From assembly GCA_025056095.1 (NCBI GenBank), contig JANWVW010000001.1, positions 1 through 51,766 on the forward strand: DNA of 51,766 bases. Direction: 5' to 3'. Positions 44,453-51,766 of the stretch are shown here, piece by piece. The position numbers and the translations under genes are program-made. This DNA comes from Bacteroidia bacterium (GTDB lineage Bacteria; Bacteroidota; Bacteroidia; JANWVE01). The first letter of the stretch is position 1. Every line of letters begins with the position of its first letter. Under the pieces are notes generated by a model. It worked only from the letters and a program-made list of their open reading frames with translations. It did no database searches and was not told the DNA's origin.

Positions 44453-44605
44453 ATGATAATAAACGAAATTGTTATCATTGGGCTGTTTATGGAAGCCGAC
44501 GATTTTTGTAAAGATCTAGATGCATATAACGCTACTCACACTTTACAAAGTGCAAATATGCAAAATAATCAGAGTAAAAAGGCCGTGTTTAGTGGAACAA
44601 CATAA
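44453..44605 (+). pseudogene. IS982-family-like transposase N-terminal remnant (50 codons)
   Basis: Translation MIINEIVIIGLFMEADDFCKDLDAYNATHTLQS...NQSKKAVFSGTT*. The I..F...DDFCK motif resembles IS982 transposase N-termini. The ORF stops prematurely with no continuation. Confidence 0.35.
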
Positions 44606-44659
44606 TTTTGGATAGAGGTCCTCATGATACCTGCCTTTTTTAGAAAAACAAGTAATCCT

Positions 44660-45183
44660 TCAAGCTAAACGCTTGTTTCTAACCTGTAAGCAAGTATTTA
44701 CGCCCTCAATTTTTTTAGCGTAATGTTTGCCAACCCGATGATTCTCCTTTCTTTCCTCGCTAAATACCTTTACAAACGCTTTCAAATTATCCATGCAAAA
44801 CTCATCTATCTGCATATCTTTCAGTTGCTCACACCCTATAACCGTATCCTCATTTCTCTTTTCTATCACGTAAGCTAGTACCTCATATACGCATACAATA
44901 TCCATCGCTTACAGCGTTTCTTGCCTACGTAAGACCATAATTTTGGTCTAATCAAGACCTTTTTTGACTGCTCAATAAGCGTACACAACACTGTACCATG
45001 ACTGACCTACTCTGTATCTCTTACCCCAAAGTATCTTGATTATCTACTTTTTAGCTATGGTATTAGCATCCTTATACTTGTAATCATTCTGAAAATTGTT
45101 TGCCACAGTTTTTACACAAAAAATTTTGTGCTTCATTTTTTGTAACCGTTTTTTACTAAGCAATGAGGACAAGTTACTTTCAC
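44660..45183 (-). pseudogene. IS1-family-like transposase pseudogene (multiple frameshifts and stops)
   Basis: Minus-strand fragments lie in different frames. They read (GTG)KVTCPHCLVKNGYKK, NFLCKNCGKQF (two zinc-knuckle motifs), KLWSYVGKKRCKRWILYAY (DEMWSFVGKK..W-like) and MDNLKAF...HRVGKHYAKKIEGVNTCLQVRNKRLA (TD..AY...H.GK..T..IER.N..LR..RL-like). The last fragment is the 81-aa ORF at 44660-44905. Confidence 0.55.
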
Positions 45184-45272
45184 TTATACTACAAAACTAA
45201 AAATTCATTCATTAACTCCTTAAAACACTATCATACATTCTAAACCACAACCAAAGTGTTTTTTGTAGGCTA

Positions 45273-45390
45273 TTTTTTTGGGCGTGCCCCTTGCTGACGC
45301 AAGGGTCAGGGCATTCCGCACGTAGCCCGCAGCACGCCGACCTTGTGGGCATGAGCACAGCGAAACGCCCACAAGGACACGCCCAAAAAA
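45273..45390. repeat. GC-rich palindromic intergenic element, short form (reverse orientation, stem variant 2)
   Basis: TTTTTTT-GGGCGTGCCCCTTGCtgacGCAAGGG...CCTTGTGGGCatgagcacagcgaaacGCCCACAAGG-ACACGCCC-AAAAAA. Ends 6 nt before the alpha-2-macroglobulin stop codon. Confidence 0.9.
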
Positions 45391-45395
45391 TTAAC

Positions 45396-48300
45396 TTACT
45401 TAATCTCTACTTTTATACCTTCAGAATGACTGTTAAATTCAGGGGCATACATGCATTGTATGGTAGCTATTCCATTCTGAAATACGCCCCTATGTGCAGC
45501 TCGCAAAGGATATTCAAACACGTACGTACCTTTACGTAAATAATCCATAAAAAAGTGTGTGGCTATGTCCCGGGTACTTTCATAGTAGCCCAAACCCCCT
45601 TGATACTTGTACTGCGAAAGTACATTCATCGGTTCAAATCCTGCGGCACGCATATCTTTGAGATGTATGTACTCCATGTCCCTGTCTACCCTTAACTCTA
45701 TCCTTACTTTGACTATATCCCCTACTTGAATAGGTGTATTTTCGGTAATGGGTTCCAATACTTTACCTCTGTCCGTATTCCGTTCAATGAATATCTGCTT
45801 TTTAAGTTTAAGAGGAGTTTCATGCGGTGTAACCTTATCCATTTGCTCAAAATATTGCCAATATACCGCGCCCCAAGCTACTCCCTCATCTTTTTTATGC
45901 ACTGTGATGTTGCCCATGTCTGATTTAATATCACTTGCCTGCCACACAGTCTTGAAATAACCTGTACCTGCTTCTGCTTTTTCAGGTACTATGGTAAGAC
46001 TACCCAAAGTAATTTCTACAAGCTCATCACTCAAAAGCTGATTAACGCCCCTGCGCAGCAAAGCATAACATGCTTCCACAGTAGCTTTGGTTGTTTTCCA
46101 ATCATTAGTCTGTTTGTGTTTCAATAACCATACTTTAAGCTCTTCTACTGATTTTTGGTCATTCGTAATTTCATCAAAACACTCAATCATAAGGGCTTGC
46201 GTTTCAATAGGCGCTTGATACCAATAGTAACCTCCCGTGTTCTCTTTGAAATACATTCCCATCTCTTCGTGATAAATAGCATGTTCTTTAATGGACTTCA
46301 TAATATCCAAAGCGAATTTGGGATTAGTTTGCGGTAAATATGCTTTTGTGTTGTTATGAGCAAAACGGTGCATACCTAAAGCTATCATACCTTTGAGCAT
46401 GATGTTGCAACTTGTCCAATACTTTTCTACTTGCTTAACAAAATACTTGAAAGCTTCTTCATAATGGTTGTCCAACTTATATTCGGTGAAATAACTCCTT
46501 GTGTATAAGTAGTGTATAGCATAGTAGCTTAGGTGGTTATCATTGAGGTTCGTAGCATATTTTTTAATATTTTGATAATGTTCATGCATGCGGGCATCCA
46601 TGTAAGGAACGGCTTTTTGAATAATAGTTTGTAGTTGTCCGTATTTTTCTACGTTTATGCCCAATACGTTCAAATGTCCGATTCCTGCAAGAATGTGCTG
46701 CGTTATCCAAGGATTGTCAGGCATACCTGGAAACCATGCAAAACCTCCGTTTGGCGTTTGCCGTTCTGCTAGGGTTTTGAGTGCTTTGCTAAGCTCATAG
46801 TTCATGCGATTGAGGTCAAAAAGAAGCGCAATTCGTTTTTTGCGTTCTGTTTCGTCCTTTCCCTCTAAAACCCAAGGGGTTTCCTCTAAAAGTGCATATT
46901 TAAGTTCTTGATTTTTTTCTAAATTAGACAGTAAAGCTTTACTATCAGGTTCATTTGCCCAACGGTCAAATACCGCTTTGATTTTAGGATGTGAATTAGC
47001 AATATGCGCAGCAATGCTATTCGCATAAAAACGGCTAAATATTTGTTCAGTGCATTCGTGTGGGAATTCCATCAAATAAGGTAGTGCCTGCACAGCGTAC
47101 CACGCGGGATTAGAAGTAAATTCCAGAGTTAGTTTATGATTTCTAATCGTTGTAGAACCTGCATTTTGAGTAATGAGCTTATCAAAAGTGAATTTCTTTT
47201 TTTCTTTGCCCCGAATAGGTAGAGGTAGACTTTCTGTAACTAAAATTCTATCTGTAACCACAGGCGCAGTAGCTTCCTCGCCATCAGAAAATTCATTAGT
47301 AAGGGCTACTACTCGATGCGTAATAGCAGATGTACCGACAGGAATAACCATTCGCCAAGAAATACCTTTATTTTGTCCTGGGGCTATGGTAAAGTCTTGT
47401 TCTACATTAGAAATTTGGCAGAGCGATTCAATAGGTTTGAGTGTTAGGGCGTCAAAAAGGGCAATTTTTACCTTACCTGTGAGTGTTTTAGTGGATAAGT
47501 TTGTAATTTTGACGGGATACTCTATTATATCTGTTTCTCTGAAAAAGCGAGGTGCGTTAGGTTGAACCATCAGTTCTTTCTGTGTAATGACTTCATCGTA
47601 CAAAAAGCCTACTTTAAGGTCTTGGGTATGGGCTAGTGCCATAAATTTCCACTTAGTCAATGCTTCGGGGATAGTAAAGCTAAGCACAAACTCCCCTTTC
47701 TCGTTCGTTTGGACTTGGGGATAAAAAAATGCTGTTTCATTAAAATTAGTGCGTATTTTCAATTCTGTCTGTTTTTTATTTTCCAGATCTTGGTCTTTGT
47801 CTTTTGAGGGAGCTTTTTCAACTTCATTATTACCATTAACAGGAATTTTTTCATTATCATCTAACTTACTGCCCACATCTGTTTCATTTGGAGCACCGTT
47901 GCGCTTAGGTGAATTAAAAGTTATAGAGTAAGCAGGTTCGGACATTTTCCCTTTTTTACTTCCTCTTTTGAGGTATAGATCTCTATATGTTTGGTAAAAG
48001 TATAAACCATAGTAGTTAATTTGGTCATCACTGAGAGAATAGCCATATACGTACTGGTACCAATGCTCTTGGAATGTACCTATGTGAGATAGTCCCAAAC
48101 CATACTCATGAATCCCGTAATGGCTATCATAATTTGGGTATAAAGATAAGTTCCAATCATTTGGTTTGAATAGGTCTAAAGAAGCATCGTAAAGGTTGGC
48201 AAGTAATTCTGCCATTACTTTTTCTGCGTTTTTACCTGAAACGGTTAGTTTCCACTCTTCTTTTTGTCCAGGTTGTAGCTTGTTGCGAAAAGTGCTCCAT

Positions 48301-51300
48301 TTGAGGGTAAGTTCTTTATTGTCCCAAGGTACAGAAATAAGAATTTTTTGATAGTAAAAACGATATTGGTGAATCATTGAAACATGTACCACTATCCCGC
48401 CGCGCATTTCTTCGGTAATGGGTATCTCAAGTAAGTGTTGAGATTGATTAAGCGTAATAAGTTGCTGTGATACAATAGACTCACGGTGTTCTACTTGAAC
48501 TTGGACAAGGGCATCCGTTAGTGCAGAACCTATTAGAATTTTAGCTTTTTCGTTTGGTTGCACCTTTTGAGTGTAAACAGGAATACAGTAAAATATTTCT
48601 TGCTGAACGGCTTGTGTTTCTTTTGGGCTATAAAGGATAAATTCTTTTTCATAACGTATAGCTGTGCCATATTTATCTTGGGCTTCTACAATAAGCGCGT
48701 AATTGCCACTCGGCAAGTGAGCAGGTATGGACACGGTTTGATTAAGTTTATTTTCAACAGTAATGGCATTTTCGGGAAGTTTAATTTCATCTAAACGATA
48801 TTGATGTTCATTTTGATAGGGGTCGTACGGAAAGGTAGAGTAAAATTCTTGTTTAGTAAGCAAAAAGTCTGTGGGAGTTTGCCATAACCGTTTGCGAAAG
48901 AGTTTTTCTTTTTTAGGTAAAGGTACAAAAGCGTATTTAATAAGTGTATTATGATGCTGTCCGTTAAGGTTTTCAGTAAAAATATGGATAGGTTCAAGTT
49001 TATCTCGGTCTATAATGTCGGGAATATCAGTAGATAGAGTAATGGCTGTATAGCCTGCTTTGATATTGACTTGTGTGCTGCGGGTTTCACCATTAAGGTC
49101 TGTAACGTCTACGTAAACTGTATAGGTAAAAATGGGGTTAAATTGTTTATCTATGGATTTATCGGGAATAGCTTCAAAAGTTATTTCTGCTTGACCTTTT
49201 TCATTAGTTTGAGTAATTCCGTGTGCAATTTCTTTTTTGGTTTTAGTTAGGTCTGGATATTCACCCCACCACCAGCACCAACGTGGATAACGGGCTTGCC
49301 GTACTACACGATACTGTACTTTGGCATTAGTAACGGCAGCTCCTGCATACGATTTAGCTTCGGCAACCACAGTAATTTTATCGCCTAAACGGTAGCTACT
49401 TGTAATAGGTAAAGTGTAGACCTCAAATTTAGGTCGTTTGTATTCTTCTACTGAAAAATACCGTTCTCCATTTCCATCTGTAATGTACATGTTTCCATTC
49501 AGTACGCCCATAGGTGCAGTAAAAGCACCGTGAACTGTACCATATTCGTTCGTGCGAAGGTCTAATTTGCTGACCAATTGATGATTAACATCATAAAAAT
49601 ATACCGTTACAGATTCATTTTGCCGAATTTGATATATTTCACTATTCGCAGGTTGATGTAAGCACAGTGCCTTAAAGTAAATAGTTTGCCCAGGGCGATA
49701 AAGGACACGGTCTGTAAAGAAAAAAGTTTGGTTACGGGCTAATTTATCCCCTTTACCAATGGCTAAATACAAAGCTTTGTCTGAAAAATAAGCATCATTT
49801 TGGTAGGTTACAAATAGTGAAACAGCATGATAAAAGTTTTCCATCCCTTCTATAGCAGCTATTCCTTCCGAATTAGTAGTCAAGGTCTTATACTTAACAA
49901 ATTCATAGCGTCGAGTTTGGTAGTTATAGTCCTTGTAAAACACTTGTACAGTAGCTTGCGGAATAGGTTTGCCTGTTTGTGCGTGTAATACCCGTATAAG
50001 ATTCTCGGCTTTTCTAGCTTTTGATATGCTCTGTGTAACGATAGAAAGGTTAGTTACCCAAAAAATGGCATATTTAATACAATTTTTACTTAAAGAAAAA
50101 TCTTTTTCTGCACTAACTAAGATTGCGTAGCGCCCCAACTGCAAAGCAGGAATTTTAACTTCGGTAGAATGTATTTGGTAATCTTTTTGGTTTGCAAAAG
50201 GAATGTTCAAGGTAAAAGACTGAACAGGAGTTTGTTTGAGCAAAAACTTAATTATTTTTTCGGTTTCATACACATTTTCTTCATCAGGGTTTTTTGCACT
50301 GAAAGGATTAGTAGATAAAGAAACTATGCGAATATAGGTTTGAGCAAGGTTTTTAGCAGCAAGATAAATTTTGAACGGGCTATTAGGAGCTACTTGATGC
50401 TCTACTTGTATAATCATCTCAGGTTGTTGTAAAGCGTTCAGCGCAGCGGCACAATTTTTTACGCCTCTACAAGTAGAAGGATATTTTTGTATGACCTTTT
50501 CATAGATAGCTGCGGCTTGCTGTTCGGGATTAAGTCCATTTTTAGTTTTACCGTGCGTTTGTAAGTGCATTCCTATTTGATATTGAATTTGTGCAGCTTC
50601 GGGATGTGCGGCAAACTCTTCGCTAAGCTGCTGTAAAGTTTGTAAATAAGTTTCATCTTTATTTTCGTTAAATGTGATGCGATAAGCATACGATAAACGG
50701 CGTAAATTCCACTCTATAAAAGCAGAAGGGTCTTTGTCTTGAATATGAAAAGCAATCATTTCTTGATATAGCAGCAATGATTGATATCTAAGGCTTTCTT
50801 TATCAGGAGTGCTGAATTGAGTTTGAATAAAAGTTTTAGGAGTAGATAGTGCAGAAAGGTCAGTAACTTCAAATGCGTAAGTGGGTTCGGTGATAGCACG
50901 CTCTTCGTTTGTGAAATAGGATAAAGCTCTTTGGGTTAAAAAATCAAACAAGGTAGGGGCGTAGATATCATTTTCTTTGTAATGGTGGATAATTTCAGGG
51001 AAGTCCTTGACAAATACAGTTTTAAGTTTTTCTTTGTTTTGTAGGGATGCAAGGTATAGTTCTGTAATTTTATTTTGAAGCGTTTGTAAGTCCCATGTAC
51101 GAATGTCGTTATCTTTTTGACCTTGAACAGGCGTACGATTGTAGAATAAATGCCGATTATTTTGGTAGTATTGCCAATAAAAATCAGCTAATATGCTCTG
51201 TAGGATGGGTTTAGCAGGAAATTCCGCTTTTTCTGTTTCTTTTTCAAACAAAGTAATACCGTTGATTAAGCCTTCTTCTTCCACTTGTGCATTAAACTTA

Positions 51301-51515
51301 ACTACATGTATCAAGGCTTTGAGGTACTGACCTGTATGTTGTTCTTTTTTAGCTTTTTCAAGAATAATTTTTACGGTATCTAAGGCAGATTTAGGCAGAC
51401 CTTTACTTTCAAACTTTTCTACGGAGTTCCATAGTTTTTCATAGTCATTTTGACTGAAAAGAGGAAATAATTTCATAATTAAGATAAAGATGATGAAATG
51501 ACAGCGGTATTTCAT
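45396..51515 (-). CDS. Bacterial alpha-2-macroglobulin family protein (thioester-containing)
   Basis: 2039 aa. Signal peptide, N-terminal helical region, repeated MG-type beta-sandwich stretches, thioester motif FPHECTEQ (CTEQ codons 47043-47054) and a C-terminal receptor-binding-like domain. Confidence 0.85.
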   Translation of the reverse strand: MKYRCHFIIFILIMKLFPLFSQNDYEKLWNSVEKFESKGLPKSALDTVKIILEKAKKEQHTGQYLKALIHVVKFNAQVEEEGLINGITLFEKETEKAEFPAKPILQSILADFYWQYYQNNRHLFYNRTPVQGQKDNDIRTWDLQTLQNKITELYLASLQNKEKLKTVFVKDFPEIIHHYKENDIYAPTLFDFLTQRALSYFTNEERAITEPTYAFEVTDLSALSTPKTFIQTQFSTPDKESLRYQSLLLYQEMIAFHIQDKDPSAFIEWNLRRLSYAYRITFNENKDETYLQTLQQLSEEFAAHPEAAQIQYQIGMHLQTHGKTKNGLNPEQQAAAIYEKVIQKYPSTCRGVKNCAAALNALQQPEMIIQVEHQVAPNSPFKIYLAAKNLAQTYIRIVSLSTNPFSAKNPDEENVYETEKIIKFLLKQTPVQSFTLNIPFANQKDYQIHSTEVKIPALQLGRYAILVSAEKDFSLSKNCIKYAIFWVTNLSIVTQSISKARKAENLIRVLHAQTGKPIPQATVQVFYKDYNYQTRRYEFVKYKTLTTNSEGIAAIEGMENFYHAVSLFVTYQNDAYFSDKALYLAIGKGDKLARNQTFFFTDRVLYRPGQTIYFKALCLHQPANSEIYQIRQNESVTVYFYDVNHQLVSKLDLRTNEYGTVHGAFTAPMGVLNGNMYITDGNGERYFSVEEYKRPKFEVYTLPITSSYRLGDKITVVAEAKSYAGAAVTNAKVQYRVVRQARYPRWCWWWGEYPDLTKTKKEIAHGITQTNEKGQAEITFEAIPDKSIDKQFNPIFTYTVYVDVTDLNGETRSTQVNIKAGYTAITLSTDIPDIIDRDKLEPIHIFTENLNGQHHNTLIKYAFVPLPKKEKLFRKRLWQTPTDFLLTKQEFYSTFPYDPYQNEHQYRLDEIKLPENAITVENKLNQTVSIPAHLPSGNYALIVEAQDKYGTAIRYEKEFILYSPKETQAVQQEIFYCIPVYTQKVQPNEKAKILIGSALTDALVQVQVEHRESIVSQQLITLNQSQHLLEIPITEEMRGGIVVHVSMIHQYRFYYQKILISVPWDNKELTLKWSTFRNKLQPGQKEEWKLTVSGKNAEKVMAELLANLYDASLDLFKPNDWNLSLYPNYDSHYGIHEYGLGLSHIGTFQEHWYQYVYGYSLSDDQINYYGLYFYQTYRDLYLKRGSKKGKMSEPAYSITFNSPKRNGAPNETDVGSKLDDNEKIPVNGNNEVEKAPSKDKDQDLENKKQTELKIRTNFNETAFFYPQVQTNEKGEFVLSFTIPEALTKWKFMALAHTQDLKVGFLYDEVITQKELMVQPNAPRFFRETDIIEYPVKITNLSTKTLTGKVKIALFDALTLKPIESLCQISNVEQDFTIAPGQNKGISWRMVIPVGTSAITHRVVALTNEFSDGEEATAPVVTDRILVTESLPLPIRGKEKKKFTFDKLITQNAGSTTIRNHKLTLEFTSNPAWYAVQALPYLMEFPHECTEQIFSRFYANSIAAHIANSHPKIKAVFDRWANEPDSKALLSNLEKNQELKYALLEETPWVLEGKDETERKKRIALLFDLNRMNYELSKALKTLAERQTPNGGFAWFPGMPDNPWITQHILAGIGHLNVLGINVEKYGQLQTIIQKAVPYMDARMHEHYQNIKKYATNLNDNHLSYYAIHYLYTRSYFTEYKLDNHYEEAFKYFVKQVEKYWTSCNIMLKGMIALGMHRFAHNNTKAYLPQTNPKFALDIMKSIKEHAIYHEEMGMYFKENTGGYYWYQAPIETQALMIECFDEITNDQKSVEELKVWLLKHKQTNDWKTTKATVEACYALLRRGVNQLLSDELVEITLGSLTIVPEKAEAGTGYFKTVWQASDIKSDMGNITVHKKDEGVAWGAVYWQYFEQMDKVTPHETPLKLKKQIFIERNTDRGKVLEPITENTPIQVGDIVKVRIELRVDRDMEYIHLKDMRAAGFEPMNVLSQYKYQGGLGYYESTRDIATHFFMDYLRKGTYVFEYPLRAAHRGVFQNGIATIQCMYAPEFNSHSEGIKVEIK

Positions 51516-51531
51516 AACAGGGTTTAATATC

Positions 51532-51539
51532 CAAATTTA
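51532..51539 (-). promoter_or_regulatory. -7 promoter box TAAATTTG
   Basis: Plus-strand caaattta, 16 nt upstream of ATG 51515. Confidence 0.4.
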
Positions 51540-51635
51540 CGAAAAAGTAAATAAAATTTTTGATTTTGCTTAAAAATAATCATACTCAAGATAGTGGGGT
51601 TAAGTAAGCATTTAACAGTTAAATTTTTATTCTCA

Positions 51636-51766
51636 TTTTGGGCGTGCCCCTCGCTAACGCTCGGGTCGGCGTGCTACGGGCTACGCTAGCGCTTCGGTGC
51701 TTCGCTGCGCTTCGCACCGTGCTAACGCACGCCCTCCGCATGCCTCACGCAAAAAGCCCCTGCAAA
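51636..51766. repeat. GC-rich palindromic element, long composite form, truncated by the window end
   Basis: TTTT-GGGCGTGCCCCTCGCTAACGCTCGGGTCGGCGTGCTACGGGCTACG then ctagcgcttcggtgcttcgctgcgcttcgcaccgtgctaacgcacgccctccgcatgcctcacgca. Collinear with the left part of the nested insert in 21659-22020 and 37632-37988. Confidence 0.85.

Noticed and set aside
38241-45280. Region as a phage-defence or prophage island
   Set aside because: There are no integrase, nuclease, helicase, toxin-antitoxin or phage structural motifs. The content is transport and signalling genes plus decayed IS remnants only.
45273-45390. Repeat copies acting as bidirectional Rho-independent terminators
   Set aside because: On both strands the T-run precedes and the A-run follows the GC-rich hairpins, the opposite of the stem-then-U-tract geometry. 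Copies also occur in divergent promoter regions. A structural transcription block cannot be excluded, but they are not canonical intrinsic terminators. The operon at 22126 has its own canonical terminator (22059-22100) in addition to the adjacent repeat.
45291-45539. 82-aa plus-strand ORF
   Set aside because: It begins in repeat copy 45273-45390 and continues antisense to the 3' end of the alpha-2-macroglobulin gene.
9281-51766. Possibility that the GC-rich repeats form a CRISPR array
   Set aside because: Copies are separated by kilobases of ordinary genes, occur in both orientations, are 100-350 bp long and are internally palindromic. There are no regularly spaced short spacers and no cas genes.

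Overview
AT-rich chromosomal segment with Bacteroidota hallmarks: a PorV/PorQ-type outer-membrane protein, a TonB-dependent receptor, many OmpA-domain proteins, TAnnTTTG -7 promoter boxes and no Shine-Dalgarno motifs. I call 34 protein genes, one tRNA-Pro(GGG), two decayed IS remnants and nine copies of a GC-rich nested-palindrome intergenic repeat. Many genes are housekeeping (panD, miaA, mtaB, fbp, gcdH-type acyl-CoA dehydrogenase, CDF transporter, lemA). The most notable locus is an eight-gene, ~10.7-kb minus-strand operon at 22126-32860. Its order is dicluster ferredoxin, Rieske protein, split b6-type cytochrome b, subunit-IV-like protein, membrane-anchored octahaem cytochrome c, cupredoxin-like lipoprotein, CcoN, and a trihaem CcoO/CcoP-like fusion. 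It therefore encodes a complete quinol-to-O2 chain (Rieske/cyt b plus cbb3 oxidase) as one unit with unusual extra subunits. The second notable feature is the repeat family. Short (~105 bp) and long (~350 bp, carrying a nested ~240-bp insert) forms sit in nearly every larger intergenic gap, and their stems show arm-swapped, pairing-preserving variants. Other points of interest are a family-5 solute-binding lipoprotein translationally coupled to a TonB-dependent receptor with no ABC permease, an exported TPR-CHAT protease, a 2039-aa thioester-containing alpha-2-macroglobulin, and promoter boxes that abut start codons (possible leaderless mRNAs). All functional calls come from motif recognition by eye; no database search was run.
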